Shown: piece by piece, positions 30,501 through 40,522 of the stretch | Numbering within the stretch: position 1 is the stretch's first letter | Layout: every line of letters begins with the position of its first letter | Origin: a virus | Length of the DNA stretch: 64,000 nucleotides | Virus record (IMG/VR): IMGVR_UViG_3300005549_000002 | Coordinates: 1 to 64,000 of that record | Direction: 5' to 3' (one strand) | Notes under the pieces: generated by a model | Database searches by the model: none | What the model was told of the DNA's origin: nothing | What the model saw: only the letters and a program-made list of their open reading frames with translations | Made by a program: the position numbers and the translations under genes

Positions 30501-33500
30501 GCCGGCGCCGGGGGAGTCGACCTTCGCGGCAATATCATCATGCGTCAGGTCGGTGTGCTCAACACCATCATCTCTGAATCGGCACCTACTGGAAATGCGA
30601 GCTTTCAGGCCGACAATTACTTCCAGAATTCACAGCTCAGCATGAACGCCGGCTGTCCGGCGGTTACCCAGGGCATCGCTTTCTTCGATCGATCCTCGAG
30701 CGACGCCACCTTCACCTTGGGAGCCTCGTCGAACGGCGGAAGCGCCTACGTGCGCCAGACGGGCGCCGTTGCCGACTGGGGCACCGCTAACGCCGGGCAC
30801 GGTCTCGTCGTGCGAAGCGCGAGCTCGTACGTCTACGCGACGAAGCCGACGATCAACTCGGGGCTCGGCGCGGGTCGCGAAGCACTTATCGGCGGCACCG
30901 ACAAGCTGCTGAGCGCCGTCCCGTACATCGAGCCGGGCTGCAACGCCATGGTGACGTCGGCCGATAACATCGACGGCCCGGCCGTCTTCTATTCGGCTTA
31001 CGCCACCATCGCGCTCTTGAAGGCGATCTCGGCCAACCGCCTCGCCGGCCTTGTCAACGGGCAGCGGGTGTTTGTGACCACGCTCCGCTCGTGGTTCGCG
31101 TGGGACGCGACCAGTGCGGTGGCAGACGACACGACGGATTTCCTGTCGGTGGCCGTGACCGCGAACGGCGCCGCGGCGGGGCGTTTCGTCCGGGTCCTTT
31201 CCGACACGCATCCGTCATGGGTCGCGCAGACCGCCTGGTTTGTCAGCACGGCGGGCAACAACGAGAACGACGGGCTGACCTTGGGCACGGCCGTCAAAAC
31301 CGACGCGGAGATCCAGCGGCGGTGGGCTGGCCCTGGCAAGCGCGGGCGCATCGCCGTCACGGTCACGATCACCTACGCGCAATCGCCGGCCGGCGAGACC
31401 AACCTAATATTTGAAATCATCACGGGCGGGCAGCTGCGGCTTGTCGGCACGCCGACCGTCACCAAGGCCGGCACCGTTCTGACGGCGGTGCAGACACAGG
31501 TCCGAACGGCGGGCGCCGAGCTCGGATGGGCGATCACGGGCACCGGGCTCGGTGCGACCGAAGTCGGCAAGCTCGTCGCTATCACGGCGAGCGGCACCGG
31601 CGCGAATGTCGGCGCAACGGCGATGATTCTTAAGGACGAGACGGGCGGCAAGCTCCGGATCTCTCCGTTCGGCACGCTGGCCGAGGCGACGACCGTGTAC
31701 ACCAACATCACCCCGCAGGTAGGTGACACGATCGAAATCCGCGACGTGGCGGCAACGACGCTTACCCTTGGGAAGATCGAAGCTTACTCGGCAGCGAGCG
31801 TCCAGATCCCGGCGGCCTTTGTCTGCGACTCGCTGATGCTCGACGGGGGTGCGAGCGCCGTTGGCAGCGTCTACGCCGCCGGTCCTCTTGTCATCTATAC
31901 CCGTTGCATTCTCAGCAAAATGATTTTGAACGGGCACAGCGCCCCTTCGACAACGCCGCATTCGGTGCGCGGCGGCGGCATCATTGGGGCAGTGTTCAGC
32001 ATCCGGAATTTGGCTGCGTTAACGTCAGTCGGAATTCTAGCGCCGCTTACGATCCGCCAGGGCGGCAACGTGTTTTTACAGCAAGACTGCTACTTCCAAA
32101 ACGCTGGTGTGACCGTGGCCCTTGGCGGTATGGCGCAAGGGACCGGCAACGCTTTCTTCGACCGCTCGACCGCAAGTTCCAGCCTCTTCGTCCAAGAGGG
32201 CGGGCGGTACGTGGCGACGGGTGCGGTGCCCGACTGGGGCACGGCCAACGCTGGCTACGGCGTCGTCGTGCAAAGCAACGCCAGCTACGGGTACGCGACG
32301 AAGCCGACGATCAACAGCGGCCTCGGCGTCGGCCGCGAGGCGATTATCGGGGGCACCGACAAGCTCTACAGCGCGGTTCCTTACGTCGAGCCGGCGAACA
32401 ACGCCGCGTTGGTGCTCACCAACGGCACCGACGGCCCCGCGGTCTTCTATTCGGCCTATGCGAACGTCGCCGCGCTCAAGGCGATCTCGTCGAACCGCCT
32501 GGCGGGTCTGCAGGACGGCCAGCGCGTCTACGTCGCGACCCTCAAGTCCTGGTTCGCTTGGCACGCTGCGAGTGCCGTCGCCGATGACACGACGGATTTC
32601 CTCTCTGTCGCGGTGACGGCCAACGGCGCGAGCGCCGGGCGCTTCGTTCGGCTCGCCGACGCGCATCCCGCCTGGCTCGCCCAGACGGCGTGGTTCGTCA
32701 GTACCGCGGGCTCGAACGAGAACGATGGCGCGACGGTGGGCGCTCCGGTCCTGACGGACGCCGAGATCCAGCGGCGGTGGGGTGCGGGCGCGCGGCTTTC
32801 CGTTCCGGTGACGGTCACGTATGCACAATCGCCAACCGGTATCACCAATTACAATGTCGAGATTGTCACCAATGCCTCGCTCACCTTGGTCGGCACGGCG
32901 ACGGTGACGAAGGCGGGCACCGTCATCTCGGCGGTGCAGGCGCAGGTGCGCACGGCGGGCTCTGAGCTCGGGTGGGCGATCACGGCCACGGGGCTCGACG
33001 CGACCGATGTCGGGAAGATCGCCGTCATCACGGCTGGCACAGCCGGAAACATCGGCGCATATGCGGCTGTCCTGAAGGACGAGACGGGCGGCAAGGTGCG
33101 CGTTTCCCCGTTCGGTAAGTTCACCGCGAACACATCGCCGTTCACGCAAGTGACGCCGGTCGCGGGCGACACCATCGATATTCGTGACCCTACGACGCTA
33201 AAGGTGGGGACGATCGAAGTCAGGTCGTTGACGAACGACAACTTGACGGGAACCGTCGTCAACAACTATCTGATGTTTGATTCGATCCGCGAAAGCGGCG
33301 ATGCCAACGATGGCAATGGCGGCGTTTGCGCGAACCGCGTCACCGTCTTTCATTGCGTGCGTGGCGCCATCGATGCCATTTCGCTCAGCGGCAGCACCGG
33401 CAGCCTCTCGTCGCACAAGTTATGTGGTGGACTCGTGCACAACGCGAGTCCTTCATTCGGCGTCGTGTTCCGCGGTGGCACCGTCGGCACCGTGCACCAG

Positions 33501-33899
33501 AGTGGTTGCCTTACGTCGATTACAGCATCGGCTGGATCGCTATGCATCTTGCAGGCTGATACTTATTTCCAAAACTGTGGTCTCACGATCAGCAGAGGAG
33601 GCGTCGCCAACACACAGGGCGTCGCGTTTTTCGATCGTAGCAGTTCGAACAGTTCCCTTTTGGTTTCCGCGTTGGGCATGTGTCAGCAAACCGGCGCAGT
33701 GCCCGATTGGGGGGCCGCGAATGCCGGCCATGGTTTGACGATTCAATCCGCAGGCTCCTGCGTTTATACGACCAAGCCCACGGTCAACTCGGGGCTCGGC
33801 GCCGGGCGCGAGGCGCAGGTCGGCGGGACCGACAAACTCTACTCGGTTGTCCCCTACGTCGAAGCCACCAACAACGCAGCGCTCGTCCTACTCGCGTAA
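27558..33899 (+). CDS. Giant tail fibre/adhesin with four ~480-500-aa tandem modules
   Basis: Modules start at 28047, 29511, 30999 and 32457 (YA(T/N)(I/V)A.LKAI) and end GGTDKL.S.VPY(I/V)E. Confidence 0.75.
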   Translation: MSGILANSSTATMVDADTTPDNARSGYVTADQITLGVTGTPVSTVWSMAKPSAETAACELSSSTDPNPTFTATVDGYFTVVCVVDGTTTYVLRMAVARVGVVSTLTAVRMLPILNASVPTPATGRTLFSSSDLNDLAQKLPDGITYALAGGAGGGGGGSGSGAYATIAALKAISSTLLATLDDGVSLAYVTPLRAWFVWQAASTVADDTTDFLSVAVTVNGAAAGRWRRLDWAHPAWREQAAWFVDTAGSNANDGATALTPVKTDAEIQRRWGAGVRARLTVPVTITYAQAPVGQTNYLFELGSGAALSIVGTPTITKPGTILTAVQAQVRTAGAELAWAITATGLDATDVGKLAFITASGTGANVGAYAMVLKDETGGKLRVSPFGTVDATTAAFTQRTPQVGDTIEIRTPTTLSVGSIDCHGAAAGVTSAGLNRVLFDSVTLDSASTADGGIYGRKASVYYARSILNGITWMGEGTGGKPPHLMRGGGIGTAQLYVRSGGANSITCPGCLGTVSVGANGHATITADTYFQNSGLTVARGAFVNSQGLAFFDRSTSDASLAVTPGGFCQQSGAVPDWGAANAGHGLNVQSGSSYVYVTKPTINSGLGAGREAKVGGTDKLYSAVPYIEPANNAVLVLNDGTDGPAAYYQTYATIALLKAITATRLGNLQDGQRVYVATLRAWFAWHAASAVADDTVAFLSVAVTANGASAGRFVRLGWAHPSWRAQTAWFVSTAGSNENDGATVGAPVLSDEEIARRWGAGMVLTVPVTVTYAQSPTTTTNLDVGYADGGSLSLVGTPTVTKAGTVISAVQAQVRTAGSELGWAITGTGLGATEVGKIAVITAGTANNIGAYAGILKDETGGKVRISPFGKATADGLFSQVTPVAGDTVEIRENTTVLKVAFINVQGLSQLAAVASPVQNVVVFDSLLLDGSVGGSLNGGIVRNEGAQISYVRCTLQDLILASAPSTFSKLQSVCGGLITAGAGGVDLRGNIIMRQVGVLNTIISESAPTGNASFQADNYFQNSQLSMNAGCPAVTQGIAFFDRSSSDATFTLGASSNGGSAYVRQTGAVADWGTANAGHGLVVRSASSYVYATKPTINSGLGAGREALIGGTDKLLSAVPYIEPGCNAMVTSADNIDGPAVFYSAYATIALLKAISANRLAGLVNGQRVFVTTLRSWFAWDATSAVADDTTDFLSVAVTANGAAAGRFVRVLSDTHPSWVAQTAWFVSTAGNNENDGLTLGTAVKTDAEIQRRWAGPGKRGRIAVTVTITYAQSPAGETNLIFEIITGGQLRLVGTPTVTKAGTVLTAVQTQVRTAGAELGWAITGTGLGATEVGKLVAITASGTGANVGATAMILKDETGGKLRISPFGTLAEATTVYTNITPQVGDTIEIRDVAATTLTLGKIEAYSAASVQIPAAFVCDSLMLDGGASAVGSVYAAGPLVIYTRCILSKMILNGHSAPSTTPHSVRGGGIIGAVFSIRNLAALTSVGILAPLTIRQGGNVFLQQDCYFQNAGVTVALGGMAQGTGNAFFDRSTASSSLFVQEGGRYVATGAVPDWGTANAGYGVVVQSNASYGYATKPTINSGLGVGREAIIGGTDKLYSAVPYVEPANNAALVLTNGTDGPAVFYSAYANVAALKAISSNRLAGLQDGQRVYVATLKSWFAWHAASAVADDTTDFLSVAVTANGASAGRFVRLADAHPAWLAQTAWFVSTAGSNENDGATVGAPVLTDAEIQRRWGAGARLSVPVTVTYAQSPTGITNYNVEIVTNASLTLVGTATVTKAGTVISAVQAQVRTAGSELGWAITATGLDATDVGKIAVITAGTAGNIGAYAAVLKDETGGKVRVSPFGKFTANTSPFTQVTPVAGDTIDIRDPTTLKVGTIEVRSLTNDNLTGTVVNNYLMFDSIRESGDANDGNGGVCANRVTVFHCVRGAIDAISLSGSTGSLSSHKLCGGLVHNASPSFGVVFRGGTVGTVHQSGCLTSITASAGSLCILQADTYFQNCGLTISRGGVANTQGVAFFDRSSSNSSLLVSALGMCQQTGAVPDWGAANAGHGLTIQSAGSCVYTTKPTVNSGLGAGREAQVGGTDKLYSVVPYVEATNNAALVLLA

Positions 33900-33916
33900 A
33901 GGAAAGGGAAAAGCAA

Positions 33917-34087
33917 ATGGAGACTCTCAATGTCGACGACCGCGTGGTCGTCAAAGCCAACACGGCATTTCACGGCGTCGTCACCCGCGCGGATGAAGGG
34001 GGCGGCGGGGGCTACGTCCACATGGACAGCGACGAGGAGCCGACGACGGAGACGTACTTTTCGGCCGGCGAGCTCGATCCGGAGTAG
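33917..34087 (+). CDS. Small hypothetical protein (SH3-like)
   Basis: AAGGAAAGGG RBS; METLNVDDRVVVK...GVVT. Confidence 0.55.
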   Translation: METLNVDDRVVVKANTAFHGVVTRADEGGGGGYVHMDSDEEPTTETYFSAGELDPE

Positions 34088-34099
34088 CCAGGCCCGCTG

Positions 34100-37000
34100 A
34101 TGCCCATCTCCGCGCACTTCACCGTTGACGGGGTCGCGAACCCCGGCGAGCACATCGTCGCCTACGGGGCGACGGTCACGCTCGCGCTCACGTCGATCAC
34201 CGCCGCCGACGTCATTTCTTGGCAGGTGCTCGTCGCGAGCGAGCCCGCGTACACGATCCCGACCATCACGCCCGGCGGTACGCCGCCCGGCTCGACGGCC
34301 TCGTTCACGTTCCCGGCCGATCCGGGCGACGACGTGGGGCGGTCGTTCCGCGTGCGCGCGGTCGTCTCCAATGGGCAGGAGACGGATTTCGAAGATGCGC
34401 TGATCGGCGCCGCGAACATCAACGGCATCGTTCCGCTCTGCCCCGGCGAGCAGTTCGAGCGCCATGCAACGCACGGGTGGGGGCCGGTCATCAATGCGCT
34501 GCTCGCCGGCGGCGCGGGCACGCCCGTGTCGCTTGGCGGCGACGTCGTCGGGACGACCGCCGCCAACACGGTCGTCAAGGTCAACGGCGCGTCGGTCACG
34601 ACGGCAGGGGCCGCTGCCGTCGGCGACGTGCTGCAGCTCACGGCGCCCAATACGCTCGGCTACGCGAAGGTCGCCGCCGCCTCCCTTGCGGCCGGCGCGG
34701 CAATCCTCGGGCAAGCGCTCATCTTCAACGGCACCGCGTGGGCGGCGGGCAACGACTTCGCCGCCCGTAACCTCGCCACCACGGGCACGCTCGCCGCGGG
34801 CGCGACGACGGTCACGGGATCTCTGACGGCGGGGGTGAATACGGCCAAGGCCGTGCTGAATAGCTACAGCGCGACGCCGACGACGCACGGCGCCCTCTGG
34901 CTCGGCGCGATTGTCGCGAGCTCGACGAACCAGGCGCTCGCCGGCGACGGCACGAGCACGTCGATCAACGGCATCACGCGCGTGCAGGTCGCCGCCTCGA
35001 GCGTGGTCAAGGCGGTCTTCACCGCGTCGGGGCTGCGCATCGGCGACGCGACGGACCCCACGACGACGCTCGACGTCCTCGGTCGCGCGACGATTGGCGT
35101 CAGCACCGCCAAGGTCATTCTCGACAGCCACCCAGACGCCCCCACGAGCAACGCGTCGGTCTGGCTGGCGCAGGCTTCCCCGAGCGGCACCAATTACGTG
35201 CTCAACGGGAATGCGTCGACGACGATCCTGAACGCCCCGACGCAGGTGAGGTTCGCCGTCGCAGCCGCGGCGGTCGGGAACTTCACCGCGACCGGGCTCC
35301 GCGTAGGCGATGCGACGACGGCGACCGCGACCCTCGACGTCGTCGGCAGCGCGAAGGTAGGGGCCAGCTACCAAGCCACCATCGCCAGTTTGCCGGGGGC
35401 AACGACGACGCACGCGGGGATGTTCTTTGCCACGCCTTCGGCGACGAACTACGCCTTTTTAGGCAACGCCGCCGACTCCTGGGTCAACGCTCCGACCGGC
35501 AAGCTCTACCTTCAAATCGGGGCGGCCGCCACGGCGAATTTGACTTCGACGGGCCTGCGGATAGGCGACAACACAACCGCGACCGAGAAGCTCGACGTCG
35601 TCGGGCGAGCGGTCATCGGCGTCGGCGCGGGCAAGGCGACGCTCGATAGCTTGGCGGGGTCCACCGCCACGCACGGCGCATTGTGGCTGGGTGTCGCCGC
35701 GGCAAGCGGAACCAATTACACCATCTTTGGAAACGGGAGCACCGACCTTCGCTTGAACGCCCCCGCCTCGGGGATGGGTTTCGATTTCACGGCGGGCAAT
35801 AGCCAGCTGCTCGCGCGCCTCACGGCGACGGGCTTGCGGGTCGGCGACATCACGAGCGCGACGGAAAAGCTCGACGTGGTCGGCCGCGCGAAGATCGGCG
35901 TCGGTGCCGGCAAGTGCGTTATCGATAGCGACATTTCCTTTCCGGCGTCCGACGCCGTCATTTGGCTCGGCCCCATCACACCATCGGCGACCAACGGCGC
36001 GCTTCGCGGCGACGGCACGACCTATACGATGCTCAACGGGGCATCGAACCTCCGCTTTCGCACGGCGAACACCGGCCGCGGGTACTGGGACGCAACCGGC
36101 CTCAAGATTGGCGCGGAGTCGGCAGCGACCGAGTGCCTCGAGGTCGTCGGTCGCGCGAAGATCGGCGTCGATACGGCCAAGGTCTTCATCGATTCGCTTA
36201 TCGGCGCGCCCGCAAGTTGGGGCGGAATCTGGATGGGGCTCACCCCCTCAGGTTCTAACTACATGCTTGCTTCGAACGGATCGGAGACGCGATTAAACGC
36301 GCCTTCGACGCTGGTGCGCATAGGGGTAGGGCTCAACTTCAAGGTCATCTGTAATTCTGTCGGCACACAGGTTGCGCTTAACGGATCCGGTGCGGTAACC
36401 GATCAGCTCGAAGTGGTCGGCACGGCGTCCGCGTCGGTGGACGTCATCGCCAACAGCTTGGCTAACGGTAAGGCGCGCTTGGCGGGGCTCGTCGGCAGCA
36501 CCACGACGCACGGCGCGCTGTACCTCGGCAACATCACGCCATCGGCGACGAACGCGACGCTCTTCGGCAACGGCACGACCGACACGCGCCTGTCGGTGCC
36601 GGGCGCCGGGGCGATCGACATCTACCGCAACAACGCCGGCATCGCTCGCTTCACGGATACGGGCCTCAAGATCGGCGCGGCGAGCAACGCGGCGGCCGCG
36701 CTCGACGTCGGCACGAGCGGGCAGGTGCTCGCCGGGTTCGTCACGTGCGGGGCCACGCCCGCCGCGAGCGGCGCGCTGCGCCTCACCAACAACACCGGGC
36801 TTTACGCCCGCAACCAGGCGAACAGCGCCGACGTACGCATCGTCGATCTCGACACGAACAACAAGACCAACGTCGGCTCCGCGACGACCAAGCAGAGTTT
36901 CAGCGGCGCCCACGAGGTCGTTGTCCGCAACGTCACCGCCAGCTTCACGGTCGACACGACGACGATGGATCAAACCATCTGCGTCGGGACGGGGCTCGGC

Positions 37001-37240
37001 AACGTCACCGTCACACTGCCCACGCCGACGGTGGGCCGGCGCATCACGATCAAGCGTACGTCCGGCACCAATGATGTGATCGTCGATCCCGGCGCGAACC
37101 TGATCGACGGCTCGGCCTTCAACAGAAACCTCGTGACGGACCCGATCGATGGGGAAATCGAGCCCTACCTCGCGCTCGAGGCGGCGACGGTATCGTACTG
37201 GGCGATCGTCGCGCACTGGTCGGTGCTGATGGGCGAATAG
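34100..37240 (+). CDS. Tail fibre protein with ~80-90-aa repeats
   Basis: Repeated TATGL(R/K)(I/V)GD...EKLDVVGRA.IG; LGGDVVGT segment; C-terminal TVTLPTPTVGRRITIK. Confidence 0.75.
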   Translation: MPISAHFTVDGVANPGEHIVAYGATVTLALTSITAADVISWQVLVASEPAYTIPTITPGGTPPGSTASFTFPADPGDDVGRSFRVRAVVSNGQETDFEDALIGAANINGIVPLCPGEQFERHATHGWGPVINALLAGGAGTPVSLGGDVVGTTAANTVVKVNGASVTTAGAAAVGDVLQLTAPNTLGYAKVAAASLAAGAAILGQALIFNGTAWAAGNDFAARNLATTGTLAAGATTVTGSLTAGVNTAKAVLNSYSATPTTHGALWLGAIVASSTNQALAGDGTSTSINGITRVQVAASSVVKAVFTASGLRIGDATDPTTTLDVLGRATIGVSTAKVILDSHPDAPTSNASVWLAQASPSGTNYVLNGNASTTILNAPTQVRFAVAAAAVGNFTATGLRVGDATTATATLDVVGSAKVGASYQATIASLPGATTTHAGMFFATPSATNYAFLGNAADSWVNAPTGKLYLQIGAAATANLTSTGLRIGDNTTATEKLDVVGRAVIGVGAGKATLDSLAGSTATHGALWLGVAAASGTNYTIFGNGSTDLRLNAPASGMGFDFTAGNSQLLARLTATGLRVGDITSATEKLDVVGRAKIGVGAGKCVIDSDISFPASDAVIWLGPITPSATNGALRGDGTTYTMLNGASNLRFRTANTGRGYWDATGLKIGAESAATECLEVVGRAKIGVDTAKVFIDSLIGAPASWGGIWMGLTPSGSNYMLASNGSETRLNAPSTLVRIGVGLNFKVICNSVGTQVALNGSGAVTDQLEVVGTASASVDVIANSLANGKARLAGLVGSTTTHGALYLGNITPSATNATLFGNGTTDTRLSVPGAGAIDIYRNNAGIARFTDTGLKIGAASNAAAALDVGTSGQVLAGFVTCGATPAASGALRLTNNTGLYARNQANSADVRIVDLDTNNKTNVGSATTKQSFSGAHEVVVRNVTASFTVDTTTMDQTICVGTGLGNVTVTLPTPTVGRRITIKRTSGTNDVIVDPGANLIDGSAFNRNLVTDPIDGEIEPYLALEAATVSYWAIVAHWSVLMGE

Positions 37241-37252
37241 GAAGGAATCCAA

Positions 37253-37735
37253 ATGGCGAACCTGCGTTACATTCTCATTCCCGCGAGCGTCTCGGTCAGC
37301 GTCAACCAGGCGCGGTGGAGTTTTCTCCACTGCTTCGTGCACGTGATCGATCGGCACCCGTCGTTCAACCAGACCGGCACCGGGGTGCGCGCAGCGGCGC
37401 GCGTCATGGCGCTCGTCACCGACAACCAGGGGAGGTTCCTGAAGAAGGAAGGCGACGTCATCACGCTCGACCAAGCCGACTGGCAAATGGTGCAGGCGGC
37501 GTTCGAGGAGCCCGCGGCCGGTTACATCCCGGGCCCCTTGACCGACGACGCCGGCGTCCCTATCAACGTTCCGGCGCGCTCGTTCGTTACGTACATCGAG
37601 GCGGTGAGCGACGAGGCGACGAAGAACCACCCCGCGCCGACCGCGGTGCCGCTCGGCGGCATTGCCGAGAACGGCGTCGCCGTCCCGGTGCCCGCGCCCG
37701 CGCCGGCGCTGCCGGCGGCCGAGCCGCCGTCGTAG
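37253..37735 (+). CDS. Hypothetical protein, possible fibre chaperone
   Basis: AGGAAGGA RBS; follows the fibre gene. Confidence 0.5.
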   Translation: MANLRYILIPASVSVSVNQARWSFLHCFVHVIDRHPSFNQTGTGVRAAARVMALVTDNQGRFLKKEGDVITLDQADWQMVQAAFEEPAAGYIPGPLTDDAGVPINVPARSFVTYIEAVSDEATKNHPAPTAVPLGGIAENGVAVPVPAPAPALPAAEPPS

Positions 37736-37738
37736 CGC

Positions 37739-38254
37739 GTGCCGAAGTACGACGACCGGATCGAGCGCGCGAGGCGCGCGCGCGAGGCCGACGAGCGGGC
37801 GCGCGAGAAAGACCCGCGACGAGCGCACAAGGCGTTCCAGTCGACCGATCCGCCTCCGCCCGACTCGTCGTGGCCGCCGAAGCCCGTGCCCGGCGTCGGC
37901 TCGCCGAGCGTCCCGTACCGGCCGCGGCAGCCGACCTTCGGGCGCGGCATCGCGCACATCGCGCACGCCTCGGGGCAGCTGCCGAAACGCGTCGCCGTGC
38001 TGGTCGCTATCTGGGGCGTCGTCTCGACGACCGCCAGCGCCGGGGCCGTGTACCTGATGAGCCAATACATGGTCGGCCTCGATCGCTACGCGAAGGACGA
38101 GGCGGCGCGCAAGGAAGCCGACAGCACGCTCCGCCGCGAGATCGAGGGGCTGCGCGCGACCGTGAATGATCTGCGCGTGAAGATCGCAGGGGCGGAGACC
38201 GCCCTCAAGATGATGCAGCAGGAACCCATTTTGCCGGAGAAAAAACGCCGATGA
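37739..38254 (+). CDS. Single-TM coiled-coil protein (lysis region)
   Basis: TM VAVLVAIWGVV followed by coiled coil. Confidence 0.5.
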   Translation: MPKYDDRIERARRAREADERAREKDPRRAHKAFQSTDPPPPDSSWPPKPVPGVGSPSVPYRPRQPTFGRGIAHIAHASGQLPKRVAVLVAIWGVVSTTASAGAVYLMSQYMVGLDRYAKDEAARKEADSTLRREIEGLRATVNDLRVKIAGAETALKMMQQEPILPEKKRR

Positions 38255-38946
38255 TCACCATGAAACGATTCGGATGGGCGCTCGCCTTGGCGGCGGCATG
38301 GCTGCTCGTGTGCACGACGGTGTGGGCGGCGGACGCGCCGGCTTTGTCGACGGCGGTGGGCCACCACATCTGGCTCACCCTCATCGGCGGACTCTTGCCG
38401 CCGCTCATCAAGGCGTTCAACGAGGGGACGCTGAACCTGCCGACGGTGCCGGCGCGCTACCGGCTGCTGCTCATCGCGGTGCTCTCGGGCATCGCGACGG
38501 CGGCCGAGATGGTCGGCAACGGCGGCGCTTGGCCGGAGGCGCTCATGGCGCTCGCGATCGCCGCGGGCCCGTCGCTCCTCATCGAGGCCGTGCACGCGCG
38601 GTGGGGCGGCTGGAAGGGCGCCACGGTCACCGAGGGGCCCAAATCGAGCGACGGCGGACCGGGCCCCAAGCTCATCTCGGTGCCGCCCCCGCGGCAGACG
38701 GTCACCCCACCGCCGCTCCCCACCACCTTGAAGATGGCGACGCTCGTGATTGCGATGGGGGCCCTGCCCCTCGCGTGCGCTGCGATCTGCCCCACCATCA
38801 AGCTCGCGAGCGACATTTGCCCGATCATCATGGTCGAGCTGCCCGACGGCTCCCTCGAGCCCGTGCCGAAGGCGCAGATCACCGGGCTCGCGGTGCAATC
38901 GCGCGCCATGCGCACCGCGCCGCCCCGGGACGCCGGCCCGGAATAA
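38251..38946 (+). CDS. Multi-TM membrane protein, holin candidate
   Basis: Four to five hydrophobic segments; upstream of endolysin. Confidence 0.5.
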   Translation: MITMKRFGWALALAAAWLLVCTTVWAADAPALSTAVGHHIWLTLIGGLLPPLIKAFNEGTLNLPTVPARYRLLLIAVLSGIATAAEMVGNGGAWPEALMALAIAAGPSLLIEAVHARWGGWKGATVTEGPKSSDGGPGPKLISVPPPRQTVTPPPLPTTLKMATLVIAMGALPLACAAICPTIKLASDICPIIMVELPDGSLEPVPKAQITGLAVQSRAMRTAPPRDAGPE

Positions 38947-38949
38947 CCA

Positions 38950-39186
38950 ATGGAGATCGCGCCGCTGCCGATCGGGCAGCTTGTCAACGTCAGTGAATCG
39001 CTGCGCGCGCTTTCCGATCACGCCGTCGCGAAGGACGCGATCCAGTGCGTCGTCGTGCTCATGGTGCCCGGCTCGAAATGCATCGAGCTGCGCGCCTTCG
39101 GGGCGGGGGCGGACTCCGATCGGGCGCATGTGCTGCTCGGGCTCGCCGCCCGGCAGATAGAGGAGTGGTTCGTCGATGCGATATAG
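38950..39186 (+). CDS. Hypothetical protein
   Basis: 78-aa ORF coupled to neighbours. Confidence 0.5.
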   Translation: MEIAPLPIGQLVNVSESLRALSDHAVAKDAIQCVVVLMVPGSKCIELRAFGAGADSDRAHVLLGLAARQIEEWFVDAI

Positions 39187-39478
39187 CGCGATCGTCCTGG
39201 TCATTGCCTTCGGCTGCGCCGGTCCCGTCAAGCCGGGGCCGCGCCCGATCACGCCCGCGCCCGAGGCGTGCGAAGCGGCGGAGGCGAAGCTGCGCCAGCT
39301 CGACTGCCGGCGCGACGACGGCTCGCCGTGGGCGCTGACGCCGGGGGGGACGCCCTTCGCGCCAGCGTGCCGGCGCGCGCTCGCCGACGGGCGTAACTGG
39401 AACCCGCACTGCATCGCGAAGATCGAGGTCTGCTCGGTGCTCATGTGCGCCTACCGGGGGGAGTGCTGCGGATCATGA
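39176..39478 (+). CDS. Cys-rich lipoprotein
   Basis: MRYSAIVLVIAFG-C lipobox; multiple Cys. Confidence 0.65.
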   Translation: MRYSAIVLVIAFGCAGPVKPGPRPITPAPEACEAAEAKLRQLDCRRDDGSPWALTPGGTPFAPACRRALADGRNWNPHCIAKIEVCSVLMCAYRGECCGS

Positions 39479-40302
39479 TACGGCTTACGGGGGCGCTCCC
39501 CGACCGCGCGCAGTCACGCGAGCGCGATCGCGCCGAGTTCAATTTCGAGGGCACGGCCTCGGCGCTGCTCTACACGAGCGACGCGGATTTCGTGCAGCCG
39601 ATCCGAGGGATCCGGACGCAGCCGAAGTTCCCCGATTGCGTGGGCGAGTCGTGCGCCGCCTTCATCGACGCCAAGCTCCCGGACGCGCTTTGGAGCTCGG
39701 GCGTCTCCATCTGGCGCGAAGCGCGGCGCCGGCAGGGCCTCATCGAGGTGATCGAGATCGGCACGCGCTACGAGTACGCGGTGGAGGGGCTCGTCCGGCG
39801 CGGCTGGGATCTGTACCGCGAGGGCGAGGAGACCGACGACGAGGAAGCCGGCAAGGGCGCGGCGCCGGCGGGCGATGATCTCGCCGACGAGATGTTCGCC
39901 GACGACAAGCGCCTCGGCAAAGATCTCAAGCGCTACCGGATCCTCGGGCTTGGCTCGGGCGTGCTCGACGCGGTCGACGAGGCCCTGCGCCGGGGGTGGG
40001 GCGTCGGCATCGGCACCGGCCTCTTGCCGCCGTTCTTCCAGTACGCGAGCGCGCCCGTGAAAGTCGATCGGGTGCTCGGCACCGACTACATGGGCGGCCA
40101 CCAGGACAGCCACGCGCTGCGCGTCGCGGGCCGCGCCATCACCAAGGACGGCCGCCGCGAGTACCTCGTCCAGAACAGCTGGGGCACCGACTGGGGCGGG
40201 TGCCACGCGCCTGACGGCTCTTGGCTGGCGGGCTGCGTCTGGGTGGACGAAGCGGTCATCCGCGGCGCGCACGACATCCACGTGGTCCAGGTGACCGCCT
40301 GA
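39475..40302 (+). CDS. Papain-like (C1) cysteine peptidase
   Basis: Q.....C (TQPKFPDCVG), His (SHALRVAG) and QNSWGTDWG motifs. Confidence 0.8.
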   Translation: MIRLTGALPDRAQSRERDRAEFNFEGTASALLYTSDADFVQPIRGIRTQPKFPDCVGESCAAFIDAKLPDALWSSGVSIWREARRRQGLIEVIEIGTRYEYAVEGLVRRGWDLYREGEETDDEEAGKGAAPAGDDLADEMFADDKRLGKDLKRYRILGLGSGVLDAVDEALRRGWGVGIGTGLLPPFFQYASAPVKVDRVLGTDYMGGHQDSHALRVAGRAITKDGRREYLVQNSWGTDWGGCHAPDGSWLAGCVWVDEAVIRGAHDIHVVQVTA

Positions 40303-40522
40303 GCGAGCGCCGCAAACGGGGGACGGGCACGATCTTTTTCCGCAATGGCAAGTGGGTCGCGCTCGCGCCGCAGATCGGCGGGCGCGGCAAGGCGAAGCAA
40401 GAGCGCGTCGCGCGCGAGGAAATGCGGGACAAGGCCGAGGCGCGCCTCCATGCGTGGCTCAACCGGAGCGGGCGGATCGTCCACCGCGACCCCAAGCCCG
40501 AGAAACGATCACGGAGAACAGC

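Noticed and set aside
27558-37240. Diversity-generating retroelement or invertible fibre cassette
   Set aside because: No reverse transcriptase or invertase in the window; repeats are in-frame, same strand, and differences are not adenine-specific.
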